Below are positions 1 to 12,605 of a stretch of 64,000 nt of DNA, one piece after another. The position numbers were made by a program, and so were the translations under genes. Under the pieces are notes generated by a model that saw only the letters and a program-made list of their open reading frames with translations, searched no databases and was not told where the DNA came from. The stretch lies in the NCBI RefSeq assembly GCF_009914755.1, contig NC_060938.1; one strand, written 5' to 3'. The stretch is from the human T2T-CHM13v2.0 reference genome, Homo sapiens. Position 1 is the stretch's first letter; each line of letters starts with the position of its first letter.

Positions 1-256
1 ACAGATTTGAGCTACAGGAAAATGTAATATGCATTGTGTTTGAACAAAGTGTGTTATAATTTCAGATGTACATCAACCTATACTGTATCCCTATGTTGTG
101 TAAGACTGAATATCCTAGATCATATTGGATTATTACAGTCAATAATATTTTACATTAAACATCAAAAAATAATATGGCATTCATTTGTAACCCAGAAAAA
201 TGAGTAACTCCCAGGGGAAATTTAGTTTTCATTGCTCCTTATGCTAACAACTTTAA

Positions 257-631
<375 letters not shown>

Positions 632-923
632 TCTATTTTTGAAAGTTACCTTTTGTCATTTTTTTATCTGCAGTAGTGTGGATTAGAAACCTGGCTCAGT
701 CCTACCACTAAAATAATTCTTAAAAGTTGGATGAAACATTAAAAAAATCTTGCTTTAGTGTCACAATGATCAGGCAAGAAGACAACAATTTTATGAAAAT
801 TAAGGTTTTACCTTGAGAGCATTCTCTGGTCCTGATAAGGATGAGGCCATGTTTCTTGGGACTGTAAAAAGCAGGGGACCAGAGACAAAGCTCAAAGTCC
901 AGCCAAATTGGAAGTGTAGTAAG

Positions 924-1729
924 AGAACACTCTTACACTATTGGTGGGAGTGTAAATTAGTTCAACCATTGTGGAAGACAGTATGGTGATTCCTCAAGGA
1001 TCTAGAACTAGAAATACCATTTGAGCCAGCAATCTTATTACTGGGTATATACTCAAAGGATTATAAATTATTCTACTCTAAAGACACAGGCACACGTATG
1101 TTTATTGCAGCACTATTTACAATAGCAAAGACTTGGAACCAACCCAAATGTCCATCAATGATAGACTGGATAAGGAAAATGTGGCACATATACACCATGG
1201 AATACTATGCAGCCATAAAAAAGGACGAGTCTGTGTCCTTTGCAGGGACATGGATGAAGCTGGAAGCCATCACTCTCAGCAGACTAACCCAGGAACAGAA
1301 AACCAAACACCACATGTTTTCATAAGTGGGAGTTGAACAATGAGAACACATGGTCACAGGGAGGGGATCATCAGGGAGGGGCTGTAGGGGGTGGGGGCCT
1401 AGGGGAAGGATAACATTAGGAGAAATACCTAATGTAGGTGACGAGTTGAAGGGTGAAGCAAACCACCATGGCACATGTATACCTATGTAACAAAACTGCA
1501 GGTTCTGCACATGGACATGGGGAGAGGAACATTACACACTGGGAACTGTTGGGGGTGGAGGGCAAGGGGAGGGAGAGCATTAAGACAAATACCTGCAAGT
1601 GGGGCTTAAAACCTAGATGACGGGTTGATAGGTGCAGCAAACAACCACGGCACATGTATACCTATTTAACAAACCTGTACGTTCTGCACATGTATTCCAG
1701 GACGTAAAGTGAAATATAAAAAAAAAAAG
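924..1729 (+). mobile_element. L1PA 3' fragment (ORF2 C-terminus + 3'UTR) carrying two different 3'UTR ends in tandem
   Basis: ORF 1098-1325 MFIAALFTIAKTWNQPKCPS is the L1 ORF2 C-terminus; the 3'UTR occurs twice (about 1330-1513 and 1508-1729) and ends in poly-A. Confidence 0.95.
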
Positions 1730-1929
1730 AATGCCCTTTTCTGGGGTTCTCACTAATACGACCTGTGTAACTTGAAAATCCTCAAGACAGAAATTTAAAG
1801 TGATCTCATTCTGTTTATAACCCTGGGCCCTTGGTACAAAAAAATTTATATAATCCTTTTGGGAACCCTATTTAAATTCTATCCTAAAATTATTTGCATA
1901 AATATACTTCCATTAGTTAGGAATTGACA

Positions 1930-2420
1930 GTAAAACAAAACAAAACACACAGAGAAAGATGGTGCATGAAAAGAATATAGGAGGAAAACAGGGAGATAAA
2001 AGAATCACATGAAGAAAAACTCCAGATACTGGAATTATAAGAATGTATAACAAACAAGTTTGAATTAAGTAAGAATTAAAACGAATGATTTAAAAGTTTA
2101 ATTCAAACAATAGTAAACACACAACTGACACATTCATGATATATTAGAGATAGCTAAAGTGAGAATAACCACATAACGTAAAACATAGTTAAATTCACTG
2201 TGACTATTAAGAGATGTATAAAAATGAACAATAAAGAGAAAGGATTCAGTGATATGAAAGACAGAATGAAAATGACTATCATATATTAAACTGGAGTCTA
2301 ATATATTCATTAGTGAGATTTACTGACATCCCTAATGAAAGACATCAAATTCTCAGATTCAGGAGAAATAAGACATTACACTCAAGATACATAAGATGAA
2401 TTCATTCCTCGGCACACCTA
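1930..2420 (+). mobile_element. Degraded old L1M ORF1-region fragment
   Basis: A-rich, with remnants such as GAAAGACAGAATGA and CAAATTCTCAGATTCAGGAGA; boundaries approximate. Confidence 0.5.
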
Positions 2421-2439
2421 AGTTTTTATCATAACCGTA

Positions 2440-2655
2440 CCTTCAATCATCTTCATTCTTCCTGACCTGATCTATTTTTCTCATCGTATTTACCACCTTC
2501 AAACATATGGTACACATCCTATTTACTTTGGGTATCTTATATTACAATATAATCTCAAAACAGATTTTGTTGATTTTATTTACAAGACGTAACCAAAGGG
2601 CCTAGATTATCTTTATAGCATAGTATATGTTCAAAATTTATTACCAAATAAATAT
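2440..2655 (+). mobile_element. L2 3' fragment
   Basis: ATTTTTCTCATCGTATTTACCACCTTC ... GCATAGTATATGTTCAAAATTTATT resembles the L2 3' end. Confidence 0.55.
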
Positions 2656-3087
2656 AAAGTACATTTATGAAAGGTGAAGGAGAATATAAAACAGAGGGAA
2701 GATCTTCAGAACTACCACAACAAAATGACACATAACTTAAATGTCAAAATACCAACACTGACTTCTTATCAACAGCAATAAAAAGTAGGAAAAAAATTGG
2801 AAAATATCCTCAATGAGTTTAGACACACTTCTATACATTAGAGGTTTATGAAACACAAAAACTCCTTTTATAAATGAGTCAAAATAACGACATTTTAGAC
2901 AAAGAATAACAGAAAATTTATCATCCAAAAGCACCTTCTAAAGAAATCTCAAAAGACAAATTTCAAAGGAAAATGATCACAGATAAAAGATTTTGGATAA
3001 AATAAATAATGGAAAAATAGAATATATATGGGAGGTATAAAAAAGAAAATAAAATTTACTTCAATACAAAATTGAAATGTTTAAAGA

Positions 3088-3752
3088 TGTTTTGGTGGGG
3101 GTTTCCATTGCTCTTCAGCTTTGATTATTTATTTAAAAAACTCTCAGAACTCAGAGAAGCAATTATACTCATGTTTACAGTTTATTAAAACAAAAGGATG
3201 CAGAGTCATATCAACAAAGGAAAAAGATTCTCAGGGCAAAGTCCAGGAGACTCCAGGCACAAACTTACAAGTGTCCATCACAGTAGAATCACATGCAGAT
3301 ACACTTCAATCTCCCAGTAATGCTGCATACAACCACATGTGAATTCTTGGCAATTAGAGCAGCTTATTTATTATTTGATGTCCCAGGTTTTTATTGGTGG
3401 TTAATCACATAGGCATGCAATGCCCACGTGGCAAAACTCGGCAAATTCAGCTTCCTTTCCATGATCCCTCTAGAACAAAACCAGGCATTCAGCATAAATC
3501 ATATCTTAGAATAAACGTTATCTGGTTAAATTGATACCACATGGTTCAAATAAATACAGCATGGCTCAGGGCCTCAGGCATATAAAGTCAGTCGTTCACC
3601 ATAAACCCAAGGCCTCAGATATACAAAAACACTCTTCACGGTAAGACTATTTCCAGAACTCAGAGGCTAGCTAGTCCTAAAAACAAACCTTACCTTTGAA
3701 TGTGCAGGGTTGAAGAAACCCTGGCCTGCTGAGTTAACACATTCTTGCCTAA
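3088..3752 (-). mobile_element. ERVL-class solo LTR (MER21/MER68/MER77 group)
   Basis: CTCAGAACTCAGAGAAGCAATTATACTCATG...TTTATT...AAAGGATG and terminal GCCTGCTGAGTTAAC match the remembered MER21-group LTR in antisense. Confidence 0.65.
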
Positions 3753-4349
3753 TCCATATTTATTGTCCCTGGTCTAATCTCTCCTGTAGCAAAACAATCA
3801 TATTTTTCTGAGCATCTACATTGAATATGGCATTTATATGACAGTAACAACAGTAATATTAACATGAATATGCCTAGCATTTTATGGACACAGTGTAGGG
3901 TAAAGATTGATTTTTAAAAATTACTAATGCATCCTACAAGGCCATTACATACACTTTAATATTTTGTACAAATGAAATTACTCATTCTTCCTCTCAATCT
4001 GCTTTTATTTTTACTTTTTGATAAATCTGTGCAGAACTATTTAGCATTGAAATTAGATAATGGTTAGCTAAATTCTGTTTTCTCAGGCCATTTATTATTC
4101 ACCCAGATTACATTCTGAAGAGGCTTTAACTCAATATCTAATACATTTGATTATCAATATAAGCATTATATAACTTCTCTACATAAGATAGTTGAATCTT
4201 ACCAACAATGCTAGTGTAATGTCATATTGCAGTATGATCATGTTACAATTCAGTTTTATTACAGAAAAAGTTATTATGAATGATAGAGCTATTTGTTACA
4301 GCTACTCAACATAATTGGTTCTTGTCTTTATACCGTATAGTATTATAAA

Positions 4350-4780
4350 TAAGTGTTATTACTACTCACCATGATTTGATTATTTCTGGGTTTCTAATGG
4401 GTTGTGGACTTAGCCAGTCACCCTGTCTCAGTTCACAGGCCCTAATTGACAGTGGTCTCTACTATATGCTGTCATACACCAGGATACACTCCCTTCCTAT
4501 AGACAAGACACAAGAATAAGAATAGTTTATATCTCTGCTACCTGTACTACGGGATGTCTTAGCCTTATCTATTCTTGGGGCAATGGCAATAACAATGAAT
4601 TAATATAAATTATGAGTGACCTCAGAGATGGGGTCCCTAAGATTATATAAATGTGTCCTTCTGCATCTAAGAAGAACCATTGCCCTATGGTTATTTAGGC
4701 CTCCATCTGCGTTAAAGTGATAAAGTGATGCTATTCAGTCATAATACAAGCTCATTACCAGTGTTGGGTCCTAGCATTAT
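4350..4780 (+). mobile_element. Possible ancient LTR fragment (family unassigned)
   Basis: GC-richer island with TATATAAA and a downstream polyA-signal-like motif; no family recognised. Confidence 0.25.
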
Positions 4781-5159
4781 CCATCATTAATTGTTGAGTC
4801 TACCTTACCAAGTTCACTAAAACTTCATCATTTTTTCCAGGTTGAATCCCATCCCTTCCTCTCTCATAGATGAGAATTCCCTCTAATCTATTTATTTTAG
4901 TTAATAAATCTTCTTTCCGTAAAAGCCATTCATGATTAAAAATGAATTCAGCTTTTCTCACAATGCCTAGATCAGCATCTATCTCCCTGAAGGTTTTTTT
5001 CTGTTTGTAGGCCAATGCTTAACCCAAGATGGTTGTTGTCATTGTGTACTAGATTTAACTGGAATGAGGAACCATGTTTTACACTCCAGACTGTTTGGTT
5101 CTCAGTATGAGGATAAAAATAAGAAAAAACAAAACAACAAACAAACAACAACAAAAAAC

Positions 5160-5830
5160 AAGAGTTCTCTAAAATTTTCGAGAAACAGAAGAGGAAGAAA
5201 TGCTTCTCAATTCATTTTATGAAGCAAGCATGACACTTAAACAGAAGACAAAGATGATAAAAAAAAGAAAAGGAAAACAAACAAACAAACAAAACTTTAG
5301 ACCAACATAACCTAGATGCAGATCTACAAATATACCCTAGATGCAAAATCCTCAACAACTTGAATATGACACTATGTAAAAAAGTGACACATGACCAAGC
5401 CATGTTTATTCCAGAAATGCAAGACAGTTGCAATATTTTAAAAAATCTAATAATATAATTCATCATATTAATATTCTAAAATAGGAAAATGCATGATCAT
5501 TTCAATAAATGCAGGGGAAAAAGACACTATTCAACAGTTACTTGTGATAAAAATTCAGCAAACCAGAAATAGCAGAAAATTCCTTCATCTTGATAAAGAG
5601 CATACAAAAAATCCATCATATTTAGCTGTGAAACACTGAATGTTTTCCACATGTATGCTCAGGAATAAAGCAAAGATGTTTGCTTTTATCACTCTTTTTC
5701 AACATAATACTTAGAGTTCTATCCAGTGCGTAAGGAAAAAAAGGAAGAATAAAATAAATGCAGACTGGAAAGAAATAAGTAAAACTGTTCCTATTTGTAA
5801 ATAATATGATTATATATGTAGAAATTTATA
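5160..5830 (+). mobile_element. Old L1M ORF2 (RT region) fragment
   Basis: CAATTCATTTTATGAAGCAAGCAT, AGATGCAAAATCCTCAACAA, TTTATTCCAGAAATGCAAG, TTTCAATAAATGCAG are degenerate L1 ORF2. Confidence 0.8.
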
Positions 5831-5989
5831 CAGCATTTAGGAGAGAGAAGGAATGTAGAAAAGGGAGAGGAATGGGGAGGCAAAAACAAAGGGGAAGGAG
5901 AAAGTAAAAGAACAGTGGAAGGAGAAGCAGTGTCTCATAAAATCAAGAAGGTTTTAGCAAGATTAGGACAAAAGGTAAAAACAGGTTTC

Positions 5990-7390
5990 CTGATATTTTT
6001 AATTGCATTTCAATAGCTTTCCAAACATAAATATTTCTCAGGTAGTTGAATGCTTTGGTCAATTTCAAGAGTGATGGAAGGCTGTTTTAATGAATTTCTA
6101 GTGGCCTTTTGTGTAGAGGATTTGCTGGTCTTTTCAAGTGACCATAGTCCACATTGATGGGTAGATTGAATATGGAAACCATCTTGAACTCCCAAGATAA
6201 ATGCCAATTAGTAATGATATATTTTACAAACACACGTGCATGCACACACATACACACACAGACATGAGAGGATTTAATTGGATAATATTTTGCTGAAGTT
6301 TTTGAAATTTAAATTCATCATCTAAATACATATTTGTCTACAGGACATTTTCTTGTAATGTCTTTTTTATGGTTTTGGTATGGGGATAATGGTAGACTCA
6401 TAAAACATGTTGAAAAGTGTTTCCTCTTTTTTATTTCTTAAACTTTTGTGTAAAGTATAAATTATATCTCCTTAAATATTAGTAAAATTTGTCAGTTCAT
6501 TTATCTAGGTGGGTATTAATAAATTTAAAACATATATATAGGGATGTTCATGTTATTGCTTTCTTTTTGAGCTTGCCTTAGTCGTTTGTATCTTTTGAGG
6601 GATTTATACACTTAATCTAAATTAACTAATTTACATTTATAAATTTCATCATGGTATTCATTTAGTTATCCTTAAACTGTTGTAGGACAATGGAAATGTT
6701 ACTTCTATCATTCTTTTTTTTTTGTTTATTTGTTTTGAGACAGAGTCCCGTTCTGTCGCCGGGGCTTGAGTGCAGTGGCCTGATCTCTACTCACTGCAAA
6801 TTCCACCTCTCAGCTTCAAGCAATTCTTGTGCCTCAGCCTCCCGAGTAGCTGGGAATACAAGCATGCGCCATCACGCTCTGCTAATTTTTGTATTTTTAG
6901 TAGAGACAGGGTTTCACTATGTTGGCCAGGCTGGTCTGGAACTCCTGACCTCAAACGATCCGCCTGCCTCGGCCTCCCAAAGTGCTGGCATTACAGGCAT
7001 GAGCCACCACCCCCAGCCACTTCTATCATTCTTAAAATTTGTCAGTTATTTATTTCCTATTATTTTCTCCTGAGTCTGGCCAGAGATTTAACAATTTTAT
7101 TGATCCTTCAAAGATCTAAATTTAGTTTAATTTACTTAGCTATATAATTTTTCTCTGTTTAATGTTGTTTATTTCTTCATTAACCTTTATTATTTTCTTC
7201 TTTCTGATTGCTTCAGAATTAATTTGTTCTCATTTTTATAATAACAAGTGGGAAGCTTTCATCATAATTTCAAGGTAATTTTTCTTTTCTAATGCAAGCT
7301 CTTAATGGGATAGATTTTTCCCTAAACACAGAAATTTCCACATTTTGATATGTTATACTTTTTTAAATTTCTCTTACTTTTGGCTAGGTT
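5990..7390 (-). mobile_element. Old L1M ORF2 fragment (interrupted by Alu)
   Basis: T-rich; ORF 6010-6207 AFILGVQDGFHIQS resembles L1 ORF2 GFIPGMQGWFNI. Confidence 0.75.
6716..7018 (-). mobile_element. Alu (AluS-type)
   Basis: Full antisense Alu; TSD ACTTCTATCATTCTT at 6701-6715 and 7019-7033. Confidence 0.97.
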
Positions 7391-9380
7391 CATGTTTAAA
7401 TATACATATGTGCAAGAATATTTTCCCTTGATTTATATGGATTTAGAGGTTAAAAAAAGGCAAAAAAATTATTTTGGAAATTTCTAGGAGACTTAGTTCA
7501 CCATCATTGTTACATAATTGTGCATATGTTGCAAGTAATGTATTAAGAAAAGTATTTATATCTGTATACATGTTTGGTCCTTAATGATGAAATTAATGCA
7601 CCGTTGTCTAACTATAATAATTTCCTTATAATCACACTAGTTTTCCTTTGGTGCCACAAGATGATGAATCTCACTTTAGTGTGACCAAGCAAAATGAGGT
7701 ACAAAAACAGTCCAATCAATGTGAAAATATCTCAAATTCATATGAATTTTAAAAATATTTTATATGTAAATTAAATTAGAAATTAAATATATATAATATA
7801 TTTTATTTCAGAAATATTTGCTTGCCTTTTGGAACTCAAAGTTCAAAACCTTCTATTGTCATCTTTAAATAACTAATTTTTAAGTTAATTTCTAGTTGGT
7901 TCTATGAAAATACTACCACACAATGTGGAGATAAAGAAAACATTTACAGAAAAATTGTCCATATGGACACATTTTAAACAGATGATCTAATTAGCATAAC
8001 AGCCACCAAACTGGTAAATAAACAGTTTTGTTTATTTGCTGCTTAATCAGCATCCATTCAGAATTCTGTAATATTGTTTAGTAAAACAGTTTATTTCCAT
8101 CCATAAATGTATTTTATAAATTTATGCCCAGTAAACTTCCAGGTAAACCATCGAAATATTAACTGTTTTCTAAAAGTGATGGTCTTTTTTTTTTAAGCTG
8201 CTTTCTATAGTGAATTGATGAAAGTTAATGAAGATTAAAATGCTTATTCTATAATAAAAGCCAATGCCAGCATGCTGATATATAATCTCTATAGATCAAA
8301 AAATATTCATGCCTTATTCTCAGATTTTTAATAGTGGCTCTAAGCAGTCTTAAAAATTTATTATTTAGACACCTTATCCTACATTTTAAAAATATTTTCT
8401 TAGTATACTGTGGATGTTATACAAGTCATATAATGGATAGAGAATTTCTTTCATAAATTTACAATATAATTTTTTTAAATAAAACTTTTGTGAAATTATT
8501 TTCAAATGTTATAAATGTTAATGAGTTTTGTTATATTGGTTCCAATATTTCTCATATATGGAAAATGTCATTTTCCCTGGGAATTAATATTTGGAGCTGG
8601 TGTTTAAGAAAAACCATGTTTGATGTTGGAAAATGCTATGTCCGGTATAACTATAGATGTTTGGAAAGCAGCTCAGTTATGCTAAAGATAAAGAAAGGAG
8701 AGAAAAATGACAGAAGGGGAGGTTTGAACAAAACAAAATAATACCTGAAAATGTTGAATGGATATGTAATATTTGTGAATGTTTATGTTCTCTATTTCAC
8801 CATTATTTAAACATTTATATTTTCAAAGGGAGACAATAATTATATTTTGAAATCATTTTGTTTTTTTATAGAGTGCTGTATTTTTTCTTTTCAATTTCAA
8901 TTTGGTGAGCAAACAAAATCAGTCAGATTATTATACATAATTAGGTTTCCTTTTTGAGATTTGTTGAAACTCTTTATCCTTTATGTATGTATTTCAAGTA
9001 GTATAATAAAAAAGAAATATAAAATGATTAGATATACATAAAAGTATTGTAGATTATGTTTTTCATATTTTCTTTCTTTTAATGTATTTTACAGATATAG
9101 CCATTCCAGATTATGATTTCACAAACTAAGATGACTCTCAGCAGGGAATCGTTACTGCATGTCGTTTTCATCAAAGGGAGCTTAGTTTATTTGCCTGTCT
9201 GAATATTGACATTATATTACTAATTTACACATTGGGGAAAGGGTCAAGAGAACTCCAAATTTTTGTTGACTTGATATTAACCTGAAAGGGGAATGTTAAT
9301 AACTGACAAAATATATCCACAGTAGTTAGACATCAAGTTGTGTTTGTTTTTTTAATCTACTTCATATTATTGAATTATTT

Positions 9381-9388
9381 AGATAGAT

Positions 9389-9435
<47 letters not shown>
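9381..9435. repeat. Tetranucleotide STR (AGAT)2 GAT (AGAT)11
   Basis: Read directly from the sequence. Confidence 0.98.
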
Positions 9436-9440
9436 TTATT

Positions 9441-9804
9441 AGATGTACAGGAAATAAAATTCACTGGTGGGCATGTGTAAAGAGGGGGCAGCTCTTTTCT
9501 AATGCAGGGCTAGCTGCTTGTCCAGGGGCCCATGATTCCAGGGCTATATTTGGCCCCACAGCCATCCAGGATGAGTTGTTTCTCAGCCACCAAGTCTTAA
9601 AATGTATATGCATTAAACTTAGTAAAATCGCACTTCTTTGAGATGTGGCTTTTTGGGCATTCACTGAACTTGAATTTGGCCCTAAATAAGGCCTCAATCA
9701 CATGCTCCAGGGTTTGCAGCTTGGTATGGATGAACATGGCCAACGTGAACTCTGACCTCTGGGTCCTGAGGCTTTCCAAAGGCATACTACATCCAGTCTT
9801 AAAC
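9441..9804 (-). pseudogene. RPL10: RPL10 (uL16/QM) processed pseudogene fragment: last two coding exons plus 3'UTR, spliced, disabled
   Basis: Translation [21 protein letters not shown]...[13 protein letters not shown] matches RPL10 [21 protein letters not shown]...HISKKWGFTKFNA. Downstream DLVAEKQLILDGCG matches DMVAEKRLIPDGCG. In-frame stop and frameshifts are present, and there is no intron at the QK/IH exon junction. Confidence 0.93.
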
Positions 9805-9853
9805 CTAGACTAGGGAAAGCACTAGATCCAAGACATAAAAGTCCAATGGCAAA

Positions 9854-9951
9854 GGCTGTTGTACACAAGGAACAGGCTGCTGTACACTACCTAGGATGTT
9901 GCTGTTTGCAGCCCTTGCACACCAGGTCCCATGTGGCTTAATTGATTGTAG
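9854..9951 (-). ncRNA. SNORA70: SNORA70 (U70) H/ACA snoRNA retrocopy, degenerate with internal deletions
   Basis: Minus strand CAATTAAGCC...CATGGGACCTGGTGTGCAAGGGCTGCAAACAGCAACATCCTAGGTAGTGTACAGCAGCCTGTT matches the remembered SNORA70 (hosted in an RPL10 intron); H box ACAGCA retained. Confidence 0.88.
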
Positions 9952-10222
9952 AAATTATTTTATATATTAAGTTTTTGGGGATTCGTATCTTTTATTCAGG
10001 ATAGCTAAATGCAATTTATATTAGACCATATACAGTAAGTTGTAAATTATAGAAGTTGTGCTTATCAAAATCATATTCAGTGGGCAATATGGCCTTTAAT
10101 ATAATGAAGTTTATTGATAAAAATTAAAATAAAATAATGTGGTTTTGTAGTGCTCTTGTATGTTAAATAAAACAAATTAATAAAACCTATTGAAACCCAT
10201 AATCATTTAGACTATCTACTTA

Positions 10223-10506
10223 CACTTTGGGAGGCCAAGGTGGGCAGATCACCTGAGGTCAGGAGTTCAAGACGAGCCTGGCCAACATAATGACATCCCA
10301 TCTTTACTAAAAACACAAAAATTAAACAGGCATGGTGGTGCATGCCTGTAATTTCAGCTACTCAGGAGGCTGAGGCAGGGAGAACTGCTTGAACTTGGGA
10401 AGGGGAGGTTACAGTGAGCCAAGACTGGGCCACTGAACTCCAACCTGGGCGACAGAGGGAGACTCCATCTCAAAAACAAACAAACAAACAAAAACACAAC
10501 AAAAAA
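10223..10506 (+). mobile_element. 5'-truncated Alu (AluS-type)
   Basis: Starts at CACTTTGGGAGG; (CAAA)n tail; TSD ACTATCTACTTA at 10211-10222 and 10507-10518. Confidence 0.96.
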
Positions 10507-12605
10507 ACTATCTACTTAAATACCATTCTAGTAAAATAAATATTTTTCTGTGATCTTAGGTTTGTTTTGTCTCAATAATGTAAATAGTGTATTGGTTGTC
10601 TCAAAGTGTTAAATGGAAGCATATTTTATGGCATTGCTGAAATATCTACCAACTTTTCTTACTCTAAGTTATGCAATGGTGCATTGATTAATGCACTGGA
10701 ACTTGTTAAGCAGTTTGCATGTCTGAAAAACCAAGGTTCAGAGGTATGTAGGTTAAATCTGGCAATCAAATATCAGAGAGATATTTCAGAATATTATTTT
10801 TGTATACCAGAAAACACTTTTCAAAAAAAAAAAAAAAAGTAAGGTCATTAGGAAGGCATTGTAAAGTTAATCTTTTCCAGCAAAGCTATTACATTTATTT
10901 TTCTGGAGTTCTTTAGTTATAAAAAGTAGAATGTAGTTATAGGATCTAGTCAGCGTTAAATTGATTGAAAAAATGAAAAACACTGTTTCATTTTTAAATA
11001 GATTAACAATTAAGCAAGTTGTTTATGTTGTCCCACTGATATACTAGAATATGCTACATTCTTTTGGGCATCTTTTAGACCATAGGGCTAAAATTTTGAG
11101 AATGACAGAGAGACAATTAGGAGCTCAGCAAAAAGCAAAATGTTATGAATCAGGAAAATAAATAGAACAGAGATCAAAATTAGATAGATGCAGAATTGGA
11201 ATGATACTGAAAACAAGAGATGGAACTGCAGAAAATACTATGGCAGATCATTCATTCCTTTGAATGGTGAAAGTAGTTAATACAATGGCTAACAATTGAA
11301 ATGAAAAACCAGACCCAGATGAAAAAATGCAAACCAGTAAACTTACCTAGTCCTATTATTTTACTCAATTGTAGGAAATACATGAAAAAAAAGTTGTTCA
11401 TTATGAATCCTTTTTTCTAACATGGGAAGAAGGCACCACTAAACCTTTCTCATTTTTTTACTCAAATGTTTGTGTTTTCTCATAGAACTTATAATTTTAA
11501 TTTATTTTTCAATATATGTTTCCCATACAGTCTAGTTAGATTCATAGTTGCAATGTTTCATGTGGTATATTTGCTCCCTATGTAATAGAACATAACATTA
11601 ATCTTTAGATGTGTCACTAGAGAGATTTGTATATATCCACATAAATCTACAGTTGCAACTAGAAAAATTATCCTGTGAAAATTTTGTGATATGAATGTCT
11701 TTCAACTTTTTAAAAAGTAAAGAGAAAATGATGAACAAATATGAGTTGGAAATCAGAATGAAGAAATCATGAAAATATAGTGTACCCCTTCAAAAATTTT
11801 GAAAATTAAGAGAAATCGGTAGAACAGCTGTATTATCATTTACAAAAATGTTTCTCTACCTATAGAACAAACAATTACTTTGTCCTCTAATTTCCAAATA
11901 ACTTACAGAACATTTATTTCCTACTGTCACTGGAATGGCAGGCTGGCAGGCTGAGTTGGTAGCCCAATTGGTTCCTCACATCAAAAGATTCCCTTTATTA
12001 TTTCCTTATTTTCTCTTTAATTCTGGCACTCCTTCATGATTGAACTTACAGATGTTCTTTTGTCTGCTAATTTTCGAGTAAGCCTGTGCTCTCTATAACT
12101 TTCAGTCTCAATATCCTTCTACCATCAGCCTTTTGTCTAAACATTCTTATTCTGGTTTGTTTCCCTGAACTCTTGACATCAATCTCTGTTCCTTCAATAT
12201 TCTGTTTCTTCTACTGGAAGCACTCTTTCCCAGATTTCACCCACTTTACTCTTCTCAATCTCTGTGTCTGAGTTAAATGCTTCCTTAGGTTTCTATGTAG
12301 GATTGTCTGTCCATCTGTAATTTTTCTATATCTCTCATGTTAACATAGTTACATCCTTTACTGAAAAATGTCTCCTTTAAAAAAAATCAATGTGTTTGTT
12401 TACTTTATTAAAATGCCCTCTAAACTGCAAGGTCAAAGAAGGTAAGTATGATATTTGGATATTAATATCTACCACTTAATACAGAAACTATTCTAGCACT
12501 TGTATAGGCAGTATAAGACATAATTTTAGAACTCTAAAATAAAAACTCATAAACTGAAGTTAAATATCCATTTCCCACTGCTATCTCCTTTTCCTTTTAA
12601 CACAT

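Noticed and set aside
1748-1765. TAATACGAC resembling a T7 promoter
   Set aside because: Only 9 nt match and no vector context; chance
5310-5345. CCTAGATGCA duplication with a short spacer in old L1
   Set aside because: Possibly another repair scar, but too short and the host element too diverged to support it
9060-9130. Pyrimidine tract + CAG followed by a short frame DIAIPDYDFTN-stop as a terminal exon
   Set aside because: No recognisable protein and no partner exons; such acceptors are common in AT-rich DNA
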